A stretch of DNA of 62,888 nt, the filler included, from Intoshia linei (Eukaryota > Animalia > Orthonectida), in assembly GCA_001642005.1 (NCBI GenBank). It is 5 parts of 5 records of this genome, joined end to end, with 100 filler letters (N's around TTAATTAATTAA, not from the genome) between each part and the next. Parts side by side here need not be neighbours in the genome. Positions count along the whole stretch, not along the records: positions 15,991 to 35,474 come from LWCA01000733.1; positions 35,575 to 56,941 come from LWCA01000656.1; 3 more parts are not named here. One strand, given 5' to 3'. Position numbers and translations under genes: made by a program. Below, in pieces: positions 27,672 to 41,154 of this stretch. The notes below the pieces were generated by a model. It searched no databases and was not told the DNA's origin. It saw only the letters and a list, made by a program, of their open reading frames with translations. The first letter of the stretch is position 1. Each line of letters begins with the position of its first letter.

Positions 27672-30600
27672 ATGACTAAGGATGATCAAAATGTACAAGT
27701 TTTGTATTCACTCGACCACTTTTCAAAGTTTAATGATTTAAGGTTCCTGATATTGTCAAATTGCAATTTGAGTCACGTATCTTTTTTACAATACTGCCAA
27801 AAATTGGAATTTCTTGATGTTAGTAATAATCAGGTATATTTATAAAACCTTTGTGTATTTGAATTAGATTACAACCTTTGGAAATGCTACTGTATGGAAA
27901 AATTTGAATAGTTTAACTATGTTGTATGCATCCGCGAATGCGATAACTACTTTTGAGGCTATCCATGCACTAAAGTTTACAAATACAATCAAATACCTGT
28001 GTTTAACTCAAAATTTGATTACATTTCATCCTTATTATAGACATTTTGTAATCAATTCAATTTTTAGTCTATTGGCGTTAGATTCTTTTGTTATTGCTGA
28101 CCAAGAGATTATTGAATACTTGGCTGAGGATAAAAATTATTCAATTGATTATAATAAATATTTTATTGATTCTACCTTCCTAAAAGAAGAGGTTTTTATA
28201 ATGTAATATAATCAGCGCCGTTGAGAGCCATTGGGACCCTTGCTAGGTGAAAATGGTAGGCCATAGATTCAAATTAAAAAAAATGGATCCGCCATTATTT
28301 CATTCAGCTGTAGCCAAACTTTTTTTACTGTTACCTGCCGGAATAAAAAAATTTAACTCAACCACACGACATAGTAGAATATAAGTCTAGTCATAGGGCC
28401 CATATCCACGGCTCTCAATGCAATATAGTGTATTATGTCATCTATGCAAGTGTTTCCCAATTAATAATTAATTTGATTATAATATCCGGTTCTTCTAAAA
28501 TAAGTCAAGTTAAACTTTTCTTTCACCGAAATGTTTCATATTTATGATTTCTATATCGTAGTGTCATCATTTATATCTGTAGGAATTTAAGTGATTTGAC
28601 ATGGAGAATACGTATTAGGGAAACACTGCTTAATTTAGGGGTCGGTAAGCATTAACCCACAGAATAATTTTAGTGGCCCTTTGAGTAAATATGTAAATTA
28701 TTTATTTTTCAACTTTAAATCACTGTTTTAAACATTTTCTGCTTTAATTGGCTCATTATAATGATTTTAATAGTGAATTTTCAGATCGTCCCGGATTTTA
28801 TTTTTTGAATATACCATAAACGTTTCTATTCAGTTAAAATTGAAATCTATCATGTGTAAATTTTAAAAACGGGCCCATATTTTTTTTATATAAAAAGTGG
28901 CCCAGAAGACGCAAAAGGTTGTCGACCCCTGGTTTAATTGTTAGTTGTATTATTTATTATATTTGATACAATATTTATTTTAGTTAAATTGTGTCTCAAA
29001 AATTGAAAAATTTATAAAAAATTTTTACCAAAAAATAAATTATATTTTGGCGCACAATTCTCCAATTATTATTATTCAAAGATATTTTCGTGGATATTTG
29101 ATTAGGAAAAAATTGAATATGTTTAAATTCAAGTAATTTATAATTTGTGCTTAATTATATCAATTTGACGGCTGGTTTTTAGATTTTTTATGACTAACGA
29201 TGGGAAAATTCTACAAAATTATATTTTAATATATTTATTTAAGTATTTACTTTTTTATCACTTTAAAAATTGAATTTAATATGGTAAAATTATCAAATTT
29301 ACCAATCTTATAGCACAGTGACCACTAAACTACGGCCTGCGAATTACAAATACACCGGTGATATCATCGACTTAGATTTTAAATATATACTATCGAGTCG
29401 ATAGTATCGACTTGTCATTTCTAGATCATGAGAAACTTATTAATTCATTAACTTAAATTTTAAATCGTTATTTAAAATACCGGCATGTATATTTTCCATC
29501 TTTCCCGCGGATTTTTGTGGTTATTCCGGTCCCTATGTCAAAAAGTTTGGTGAACACTGGTATATTACATGAGAATCTATAATTTCGTCATATCGGACAT
29601 ACATATATATACGATGATTTTATACTAAATTTATTTTTAGAAAAACTGAAAAAAGATGCAAATTCACCAATTTAAAGTCTCCAAAAATAAGTTCAAACGA
29701 AAAAATTTTTAAATTATTGTATCCCCATGCAACGTCTCATCAATATTCAAGAAATACAATGGTATTTTTTAATAATTATGACTATTATATTTCCAATATA
29801 GGGAATCTTAATTTAAGATTTAAAAAATTTCAGCGAGTTAGAAAGTATATTATGTTGGTTGAATCAGTCTTTAAAACCTCCATTATAATATCCCAATAAA
29901 CTAACCATTTTAGAGTAAATTTAATTAAAATCAATCCCATATAATGCACTTTGGTGATATTTTTGACCTTTTTCCATTTTTTGGTTTAATCTCATATAGT
30001 ATGGCAGTGGTTCCCAAAGTGGTCCACAGGAAATTCTAGGTGGTCCACAAGAAAAATTTTTAATAAAATGAAGATAACCTTTTTTAAACAATAGATTAAA
30101 TTAGAATATCATTTATTATTATTATTAGTGAGCGTAAATATTATTTTATAAAAATGAAGTGAAAATTTACTGAATAACGTGAATAATTTTCACGGGCGTT
30201 AAATTTAATCTATGTAACGATTATGTTCGATAGTCGTTCCCAGAACCGAACCTAGCAAGCTCGTGGCCACTCCTAAAATGAAAAATAGCCCCTTAAAAAA
30301 AATTGTAACCGAATTATAATGTCATATATCCCTATCCACCTCTTAAGATTATTAAGTTGACATTTTAAATTTAACACATAAATTAGTTGATATTCAAAAA
30401 AAAATTTTATTCTCAATTTAGCCAAATATAAATTAAAGCCATATCTTAAAAATTTTTCGTTGAGATCCATCGGTAGAAGGGTCTCGGAGACGGTAGGTTC
30501 GGCACTGGTAGTACATCATAATTATGTTTGAAATTAATAATTTTTTTAATTAAGCCATTGAGCTACCATGTCAAAATTAATGTTACATTTTCGATTTAAG

Positions 30601-32261
30601 GAGGAATATATAATATAAAAATGTAAATATTACTTTAGTGACGTGTTCAGGATAAGGGGTTTTTTTTAAAAATTATGTGGTTTACACATATTTTTTTGTG
30701 ACAAGTGGTCCATGGTGGATAAAGTTTGGGAACCACTGTAGTAGGGGTTATAATAATTTTGATAAATAACGTAATAAATTGACTTGTATCTTCTTAGAAC
30801 AAATTTATAATATTTTAAATTAATTTTTTCAAAATTATTTCGCGAACCGGTAAAAATTTTTCACGAATCAGTACTGGTTCGCAGACCGGCATTTGGAAAT
30901 GCTGTCATATAGTAAATTTAAAAATTATATTTAGATTAAAAATCCAGATTTATTTGGAAAAACAAATCAAGCCACTCAGAAATACCACGTTGATTCAACT
31001 AGTCTAACTAAACCAATTAAATCATTAAGGTTAAAAGATGTAAATACAGAAATTGAGGAAACGAGACCAAAGCGCATGGCTATTAATGGTTTGAAATTAA
31101 AATTAGATAAAACGGATAATTACGAAAATTTACTTTTTAATAAATTTGACACTCACAACCATATTGCTGCTTTCAAATACAAAAATTGTCGTAAATATAC
31201 TAGAAAGCTTATTGACATCAAATATGGCAAAATTTATTCGTCTAAATCGGCTTCAATAAAATTTAAAACGAATGAATGGAAAAGTCCACAAATAAAAGAG
31301 AAAAATGTACAAATTGATATACATTCAATGTTTTCATTTGAGGTAAAACCATTAATACTATATCTATTAGGGTGGTCTAAAATCAGGTAAAATGTCCAAA
31401 TTGAGATAGTACTTTTTAAAATTAAATTAAACTATTCTACATAGAATGAGATACCAACCTCAAAAACATGCCTCTATTACTTGTTTATTGTAATTTCTTT
31501 TATTTTTTCAATGTAAATTTTTAACATGTAAAAAAATATCTTATAATATTAATATTTCTTATTTATAGCTACTACGTCGTGAACAATCAAAACTTTCTAC
31601 AAAACAGATATACAGAGAAAAGAATACTCAAAAACGATTACCGGAAAGATTAAAAAGTAATACATCATACCACCCTGCCACACGAACATCTATGCGCTCT
31701 GTAATGGATTACACGGAAAATAATGTTAACACACCACAAAACGATTTAAAAATCTCACCACTAAATATAGAGCATTATGTATCTCGTTCTGTATCCGCCA
31801 ACCCCAAAAACGAATCAAAATTTACCAAACACTATCCTAATTTCAACAAATTTAACATTACACAATTATTTTCATCTTCATTGGGTCATTTTGAATTGAT
31901 GAAAAATATGGATACAATTAGTCAACTATCTGGAAAAATAGAAAACCAAAAAATAATAAATTTACTAAACGAACGAGAATGCATACAACGGTACAGGGAT
32001 CAGGTTTTACGGAATAAAAAACAACAAATGAAAACCAATGATATCAAAAAATTTGAAACTATATTTTCTTGTCAAAATGTAGCACTTTTAAACTCGTTAA
32101 AACCACAAGAAAACAAATTTATATTATCACTTCATAAACAAAATAGTAAACTAAAGAAAAAGTCACCATTAAAAATTTGTAGCAAAATTAAACCGATCCA
32201 AAGTGCTCAATGTTTACACAGAAAAAAGTACACTCCAACTAGAATTTTAATTAATAATTAA
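27672..32261 (+). CDS. LRRIQ3: Leucine-rich repeat and IQ domain protein 3 (multi-exon)
   Basis: LRRs (LEFLDVSNN, LTMLYASANAI), LRR cap YRHFVINSIFSLLALDSFVIADQEIIE, then ILAHNSPIIIIQRYFRGYLIRKK IQ motif. Confidence 0.8.
28636..28931. mobile_element. hAT-type MITE, one of several adjacent in an LRRIQ3 intron
   Basis: TAGGGGTCGG...GTCGACCCCTG; TSD gcttaatt/gtttaatt. Confidence 0.7.
30005..30738. mobile_element. hAT-type MITE containing a nested MITE (30241-30507)
   Basis: TIR CAGTGGTTCCCAAA...TTTGGGAACCACTG; TSD tagtatgg/tagtaggg; inner ends CAGAACCGAACCTA...TAGGTTCGGCACTG. Confidence 0.85.
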
Positions 32262-32289
32262 AAAGTAAAATTTATTAAATACAGAATAT

Positions 32290-34923
32290 TTATAAATATA
32301 AATCTGGGCATTTTATCCAATCTTGTTTTGATTTTGCTTCCCAATATTTATTATTATAAACATAAAAGGATTTTTCTTTAATAGTTTTGTAATCGAACCA
32401 TAATGGTTTGTATGATTGGTAAGGGATGTCTACATTAATGTATAATTGTATAATCAATTTTAAACTTGAATTACTTTTATCCATAGATTCTTGGAATTTT
32501 CGTTCTTTTTCACGTCGGACAGAACGTTGCTTTTCCTCCAATAAAAATTTAGTATTATTAGCTTCGTCAAATTTCTGATTTTCCATAAATCTTTGATCGG
32601 GTCTTAAACGAGAGTCTGTGGGGCAAACACCGACTTCCGGTTCATTTAATTGCACTGTAAGATCGGTGAAATTGTAACATTCTTTGAGTCTATCTCTAAA
32701 AAATAATATATACAAAAATTTATTCAAATTACGGGACAGGCCTCACTCGCCAAATAGATTTCATTGGGTCAGTTTGAACTTTGTTTGCGTCTACACCATC
32801 ATTCATTTTAATGACTCTGGCGCCTTCCATATACTTATCCCATGTGCCATTCAATAACCATTTCGGTGTTTTACTTTTATCGTAAATTACCCCAGAGACC
32901 TAATATATTTTGAATTTTAAAATAATTCACCATACCCCATATTTATAGGTACGTAAAATTGATTTATTTTCAAAAGTTAAATGACATTGGTCCATATTTT
33001 CATCGTTGGTTATATACATGTCACCATAATTATAAATGGTTATTGTTGTCATTAATCCAGTTATTGTAGTATTCACTTTTTTGAGAGAATAGTGAGCTTT
33101 GGTATTGAAAAATTCTACATGTTCGACACCTTGATTAATGTATTCATTATAAATATTTTTCAGTTACCGGTTGGTTTTACGTAAATGTTGTATCTGAATG
33201 TAGACTGAATGGAAAATTCTCCCCACCATCTCCATCCTTTTCCAATTACTAATTAAATCATTATATTACATCGAATTTAGAACGTACCATAATATGCTGT
33301 TATGGGCGGATGGTGGCTGACCTGAAATGTACAATTAAGTAAAATGATTTCAATTTAATTTAAAATTCTAAAACCATTAAATATGATAAAATATATAAAC
33401 CTGTTCGGAAAAATATTTCCATCCCAAATCAGCCATTCTATCACATTCATAAGTTTCTCCTAAAAGTGGGTTGAACGGTTTACCGTTTCGTATTTTTGTA
33501 ATAGCATAACCGCTAACACAGAAACTAGCCAACAGTGCCAATTGTTCGTAAACGTTGTCAGTGTTTGCTGCTTTATGTAAAATTTCAGCATATTCAAATT
33601 GTTCACAGACGCGCTGTAACATGGATATTGGTTCAGAAAAATTTACCTAAATTATTAGCATTATGAAAATAAATAGTGTACATTGAATAAATTAATCAAA
33701 ATTATAAAAAAAATTTATTTATGGAATTTTTATGTACTGTAACTACATCTAATATTTAATCAGTAATGATATCTAATTGAATTACCAAAATATAACATAA
33801 ATGTGAAAAATGTTTAGAATAATCATAAGAATAATCAATAGAGGGCTGTCATAAATTTTGCAAGTACGCGTACGTACGGTACACTAAATAACTAAAATAC
33901 ATTTTTGGCCCTCATCCCAAAATAATTTGACCAGATTGTTTATAATATATGTACTAATACACTATCAATAAAACATATACATAATAATATTACAGGTATT
34001 GGTATTCTTGATAAATCTTTGCCCATGGCACCTTTAATAAGGCTCCATATTGAAATACTCTTATTTGGTTTAGATAAAATAATAGTTCTGCGATTTTTTT
34101 TAATTGAATTGGGGTCATAAATTTCTTCTTCGCTTTTATGCGATATCTAAATTTTTAATTAAATTAAATTAAAAAATTATATTAAAAAATATGTCATATG
34201 AAAAAATAAATCGTTAAAACCATTATAATAATCGTAATAATAAAATCATAATTATAATTTGGATTTGATTGTAATCTGCTTTGTTTAAACTTTAAAGTAA
34301 AGGCACACATTTATAAAATTAATCTTTATGATGTATCTCACAATGAAATAAATATCAAAGAACTAATTCTTATAAAAATTTTGAGATTCTTAAATGTTCA
34401 ACAATTTGGCAATGCAAACACCGAAACATTCAATAGATCAACTTTTAATCATGAAAGATTAAAAATGTAAGAATATCGTGAAAATTTATCAAATATCTCA
34501 CACTACTTACAATCTTTTCTGTTTCCCATGATTTGCATGAAACTGGATTTTCAAATTTTCGGTTTGCAGGGTAAAATCAGAAATTAAATTTCAACTCCTC
34601 AATTTTAAACATTTTAATATATAATTTATACAAACGATCAGAGCCGAACCTACCAAGCTCGAGGAAACTGAAAATGAAAACTTTTGTAACTTTTTTATTT
34701 TTTGAAATTTTTTAAACTCTAAAATATGTAATTTCTATAAACGTTTAATGATTGTAGATCTGTTAAAAAAAAAAAGTCTATCTAAGTTAATGCACTTATA
34801 AATAAATAAATCAAATATTGAATGAGTTATACCTGTGAGTCATCCATAAAAGGCGGAGTACTATTGTCCTCAATACTATCTTCAAATTCTTCGTCATCAT
34901 CGACTTCATTATTTTCAGAGTTT
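32290..34923 (-). CDS. OSBP: Oxysterol-binding protein (OSBP1-like), ORD plus upstream acidic exon; 5' part lost at the gap
   Basis: GKDLSRIPIP, EPISMLQR, KPFNPLLGETYE, EQ|VSHHPP, PTDSRLRPDQR, KFLLEEKQR. Confidence 0.9.
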
Positions 34924-35574
34924 CTATTTATAAAATTATTTATTCAAATGTAACAAATCCACACTTATATAATTATTATAATTATAATATGCTACGCAAT
35001 ATTTGTTAATGTGTGTTTTCCACTTTATTTCAATAACTACCAGTCTTATAATTTTATAAAGTCCACATTTCAACTACAGTTTTTTCCGGGATGATAATAA
35101 GATAAATTTCAACTTCCCAAACTCAGATCTTACGGGTCAAAAACACCAATTGTCCTTTTTTTTGAAAATCATACAAGTTAAAGTATTTATAAAAATATAT
35201 ACGCTGATACCTAATAATCTTTTCAATTTTTTGTACAACGCGGTAAAACTACATTAGATGGAATAAAAGAAAATGATTCCTATCATACTAAAAATTCCAG
35301 AAATTTTCAAGACACTTCGGATAAAATCAACAAAATTGACAGGTAAATAAATTGTGTTTATAGATAAATATGTTTATATTATTATATTATAAGGTTGTAG
35401 ATTTCATGTTTTAGACCTAATAATGAAGCATACCTTGAACTACATATTTGAATGTAGTACAGAAGGACCAAATTNNNNNNNNNNNNNNNNNNNNNNNNNN
35501 NNNNNNNNNNNNNNNNNNTTAATTAATTAANNNNNNNNNNNNNNNNNNNNNNNNNNNNNNNNNNNNNNNNNNNN

Positions 35575-36115
35575 GAAAATTGTTCATAAATTCAAAGAAA
35601 CTGGGTCGGTCGCAGATGTGAAAACACCCTTGCGTACTCGTTTAATCTGTTCAGCTGAAAACATTGCTGCAGTGTGCGAGAATGTGGCCGAGAAACCAGG
35701 CACCTCTATTCGCCATCGCGCATAGGAATTGAACCTTTCCACAACCACGTTACATCGAATTTTGAAGAAAGATTTATCTCTACATGCTTACAAAATTCAA
35801 TTGACTCAAGCAATCAAGCCTGCTGACCATTTGAAGCGTCGTACATTCGCAGATTGGGTAAGAGTAAGGTCTATGCCAACAAGCTAACAACAATTGAACA
35901 GCTGAAGGAAGAGATAATAAGGCATATTGGTGAGATGTCATAAAAAATTTTGACCATCGAGTGTAAGTGTGCCGCCGAAGGGTTGGGCGATATTACTTTT
36001 CACACATAATTGCCATGCGCCAAATAACATAATTCCATAAAAAAATCAATAAAATTTACCCATTAACATCGTTTTATTTACTGTTTTTATCGATCCGTCT
36101 TAATGAAACACCCTT
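35575..36115 (+). mobile_element. Internally deleted Tc1/mariner element (rosa/DUF4817-like)
   Basis: KFKETGSVAD, SIRHRA*EL, ILKKDLSLHAYKIQLTQ, jumping directly to VYANKLTTIEQLKEEI; end ATGAAACACCCTT followed by TA. Confidence 0.75.
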
Positions 36116-36253
36116 TATAACTAAACTAGAAAACTCAGAAGCATCGACAATATAAATGAAGAGAATATCATACAAATTTATTACAGTATTTTACAGGTAT
36201 AGGGAAGGATAACAACAAGTTGAAATGTAATTTATAACGGTGTTGAGTCGAAA

Positions 36254-38088
36254 TTAAGATGAAATGGATGGATCCAAGCTATTCAATCGAATTACTTTAT
36301 TGTCATTGTCATCTTCATCGTCGTGTTTCCGTTTTAAACTATCGTTTAAACTGTTGGTATCTTCCGATGGTTCTTCAGGTGGAACATGATTGCGTTCTTT
36401 TGGAACCATTAGAGAAGGTAGTAAATTTCGGGGCATATGTCTCTGAATAACTAGTTTCAGCTAAAAAAAGATAAATACTAAAATTATGAACAATTACAAT
36501 ATCGGTAATAATTTCACTTTCAGGGATAAATTGACTTAGACTACGTCGATGAATAATTTTGATACACAAATTAACATTCTCGCTACTAAGACCAATTCTT
36601 TTCGATTGAGTAAGTACTCTGTCCCGAAACCCCGTAGCATACACTGAAAGATTGACTTTTTTAGTATGATGTCTAAAAAACATTACAATATAAACAAAAA
36701 AACTTGATACCTTGACAAATCGACAAATGATAAACCAATAAAGAAAATCTTGAGATTATCTGGTTGATCGTCCCGGATGGCACCATATGATTTACTGTAT
36801 GGGTGGATGTGTATTACAAACGGATTAATTTCCAAACTGTGTACTAAATATCTCAGTTTTGATTCCACAAATCCATGCCAATCTCTAGATTTTTCCACAT
36901 CAACGTGACTAACTTGAATGGTAATGTAATACTGGTATCTTGAAAAAAAATCTGAATTTTGAAAAATAGGATCCCACAATTTTTGTCCAATTATAATATC
37001 GCTGGTGTAAAAAAGGGCTCGTTTACATTCATACATAATAATACTTTTAGTGCTATTGCTCGTATTATATGTAGAATTCATTTGAGGGTAGCAAGGAGTG
37101 ATTATGGGGAGAATGTGGTTTCTGTCACCAGGGTTTTTTTTGGGATTCCATTCGACTAAACCATATGGATGCTCTTCGGGATTATCTTTCAACATTACTG
37201 GAGCAGGCCAATTCCATCTTGTTAGAATGTACAACATCTTTTCGAAGATTTCACACGGTTGAGAATCTGGGTATAATTGACACAATTTAGCAACCATTAT
37301 TGCCCACGACACTCCTCCGAGGTATCCCATTATATTTGAGTATATACATCGTCGCTTTGCCCATAGTTTGATGGCTCTCAATGCTTTTCGGAAAATTATG
37401 ACATCTGGAACTAGTCTCAGAATCTCATCGGTTACTCTGCATCCATTGACAGATAAAACACATTTTTCCGCAAGGTGAGCCAACAATATGTCATCTTTCA
37501 AATCTTGACCAGAAGGAATCGTTTCCAATGCTAATCGAGCAAACAAGATGTCCAGTTCAATTCCAGAAAATATCAATTTGACTACTGGCACATAAGCTGA
37601 ACTAATCGGTTTAATCATTGTTGTTTCCGGTCGACTTCGCAACGTTTCAACAAAACCTAAAATTATAATTACACCAAATAATTGAATTATTATAAATTAC
37701 TGTCAAAAAAATCTTCACGGTTGATGTGTCTCGGTGAGACACACAATGTGTCTATATCAGCACCTCTGGTGTGCACACCCAATCTGTAAGATCCGAATGT
37801 ATACACCTTTCCTCCTACTCGTTCTATAAATGATTCCGGCATTTTTTTCTCTTTACTCATTTTCTTGACCCAACTGTTGAAAAGATCGTTCACTTTTTTC
37901 AGCACATCCATTCTTTTCAATCTTTCTGCCGAAGATTCATAAATATCACAAGATAGGAGGAATTCTTCTAGTCTTTTACTAGCATCTTCATTCAACAAAT
38001 GAATATCCTCCTTGGACAATTTATTGTATGATCCTATTTGCGATTTTGATTCAATTTTATCATTAGACATTGATTCAGGCGATATCAT
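36254..38088 (-). CDS. PAPOLA: Canonical poly(A) polymerase (PAPOLA-like), several short introns
   Basis: TFGSYRLGVHTRGADIDTLC, AYVPVVKL, NGCRVTD, IKLWAKRRCIYSNIMGYLGGVSWA, PIITPCYP. Confidence 0.95.
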
Positions 38089-38458
38089 GCTAAAGTGTTG
38101 ATTAGGATATTGTAATAGTGAATAAAGGTGAAATTGATATAAAAAGTGTGGATTATGTAGTCAATTTCAATTTAAACTTACTTTTAAAATTTTGAAATGT
38201 TTAATATCAAAATTTAGAAATAATGAATTCAAAACCAATATTAAAACGGCGCAGCGTTATAATCGAAAAAGTTTGTTGTACCCTTGGTAATGTATAGAAA
38301 CTAAGTTACATTGTTTTTTGTGAATACATTATCTTTGTAGAATTATAATCTGACTACAGTAATTATTGTTGACATTGTACAAGCTGGTAATTAAGATTTT
38401 CAATAGAAATGCATATTTATCTTTAACGTAAATCTGCATGCTGTTTCACAAATCACAT

Positions 38459-38540
38459 GCCGCGGTGACCGAGTGGTTAAGGTGATAGATTCGAAATCTA
38501 TTGGGCTTTGCCCGCACAGGTTCGAATCCTGTCCGCGGCG
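38459..38540 (+). tRNA. tRNA-Ser (anticodon CGA)
   Basis: Acceptor GCCGCGG/CCGCGGC, anticodon arm ATAGA-TTCGAAA-TCTAT, long variable arm GGGC-TTT-GCCC, GGTTCGAATCC, then a T6 Pol III terminator. Confidence 0.97.
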
Positions 38541-41154
38541 ATTTTTTCTATCTCGATCTTGATTATCCATGTTGAATCAATATCCACTAAAACTTGAAAC
38601 ATCTGTCATTTTTGAGTTCATAAAATGATGTTTCAATGTTTATGTGATGAGTTATCAATGTTAGCTGGTTACAAGTAGAAATATGTTCTTATTCATTTTT
38701 TAAATACATTTTAATTAAAAGAAACAACATAAATGATGTTTCAAATGGATAATTATATAATAAGTATCCTACGGTTAAAAGTTTTTACCTTTGTCAATTT
38801 TTCCTGGAAATTTCGTTATCAGTCAAAAATTATGAATTCACTATTTTGACGAACACTGGAGGCTTCATTACGTTAATTTAATTAAACCTGATGTTTAAAT
38901 TGGTTTAATTGATTGATAAACTACTAAAACGGCACAAATTAAATAATTAAAAATACGGTAATTATCATAATTATTTATGAAATAACAATAAAATTGTTTA
39001 CATGTATGCATTGCTATGGAATTAATGTTTAGATGCATTTATTAGATGTAATAATGAATTCAGAAATAATTATATTTATTTAATGTGTACCGTTTTTACC
39101 ATAAATGAATTGATCAGAAAAATTTTTATACAAATAAATTTTAATTAATTATCTAATTCGATGTTTTTCCTATATTTTTGTAAATTTTTATCAAAATATT
39201 ACCTTGAAAAATATTATTTCATTAATTTATATCAATATTAATATTAATATTGTAGAAAAAAAACTTGTTGATTGTCAAGTGTGGATGGACACATTTTATT
39301 CTCTTTCTTTATTTCAATTCTGATTATAGAGGTCAGATTATGCTGAACTTTTCTCTATTGCCATGAACATACTACTTCCATTTCCAACATATATGCATCT
39401 AACTTTTCAACGTTAACAATAATAAAGACCAATTGCAGAAGATAACTAAACTGGAAAATCAATCTAAGGGTTCCTTAAAAAATAGAATTCTAATTTTATA
39501 AATATTTAATTTGATCAATAAATTACATCATTTCGTCTGTTGTTATTATTATTCAAATTATTTGTGAAATGTGGCCCTACAATTCGGCTAAATTAAATCT
39601 AATTAAATTATACACACATAATATTACAACTATTTTTACTAAAATCTATCCATATTTACTAAAATTATCCATATTTACTTAAAATACACTTTCACCAACC
39701 ATTTAGGGAAAATCCACTTATACAAATACCTAAGAAAAAAATTACTTTCCACAAACCCTTAAGGAAAAAATTCAGTCTTACCAACTCTAAAATAAAAAAA
39801 TCAGCTTTACCAAACCATTAGGAAAATTCCAGTTTTACCAACCCTTAAGGGAAAAATGGTTAGATTCCTAATTCAAAACCCAAAATAAAAAATCTGATTG
39901 TACCAACCCTTCTATTAAGAATAATAAAAATATTTTTTTGAAAAATCCGTTTTTATCAAATATTATGAGCATTAACTTTGTAATCCAAAATGGGGTCCGT
40001 ACACAATTTGAATCTGGAACCACTATATTGATCTAATACCACATACCATTTTGAAGTACTTTTATTCATTATCATCAAATATTTTTCGGTTTTACTTTTC
40101 TACATGTACATTAATATTTGGTAATGGATAATAGTGGTTTTTAGCCATTATTTTTCAATTATGAATTGTTTACTCAACCCTTTCTTCTTTGGTTTCATGT
40201 GAACACCAGACACGTGAGTAATATCAACTATGATTATTGTCTCATAAGCATAGAATAAATTCGACGCAATCCCTTAAGAGGGTCTCGGGTACAGTAGGAT
40301 TCGCTCTGGTAACAACTAATTATAAAATGATACATTTACACTTGTGTTGATGTGACTATATTTCTTAATTCTGCAGATGTATTGATCATTTACGTTATAT
40401 GTTTAATATTCAGAAACTAAATAAATGTATTAAAATCCCACGAGATTAAATTAAATTTCGACTTGGTTAAAATTAAATTATAAATGACAGATTATTATTG
40501 ACTAAAAAATGCCTATAACAAAAATTTCAAGTAAGTTGAAACGTACATGAGTTTTTAGCGTATTAAAACACAAATTTAGTCTAAATTCATAATTACTCTA
40601 AATTTTAGAAAGTAAACCTTTTTAAAATATATAAAGAAATTGGAACAATAAAAAATTACAATAAATATTTTAATATTGATTAATTATTATACAACAGAGA
40701 AAATTATTCTAACAATATAATATAAATAAATGTATGATTTATAAATTCATCAAAGAATCGTCATCATAGAATCCTCCTTTGCTAAAAAGAATATTTACAA
40801 AAGTAAATGTAAAAATCAGTAAACGACACGTGTTCTAAAAATTAATGTGTATGTACAAACTGTTCACAATCTAAAATTAAATTTTTAGTACATGTCGTAT
40901 TTCTGAATGTTGGAATGAAACACATAAGAATTGATGTAAACAATTGCTTTAAAAGTAGAACTACATTATTGTTAAATTTATGGTGTTAATAAAACTAAAA
41001 CTAGAATTTGGTAACAATTGACACAAAATTGAAAAGATTTTCCACTTGATTAAGTTGAAGAAAATTAAACGTTTCGTGTTGTGTTACTTGTAAACTATTC
41101 ACAATTTGATGCGATAAATATTATTTTAATAAAATAAAAAATTTGTTTTTGTAA

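Noticed and set aside
36959-37159. Antisense ORFs within genes (also 2126-2311, 52756-52992, 54766-55044)
   Set aside because: Shadow frames of real coding exons
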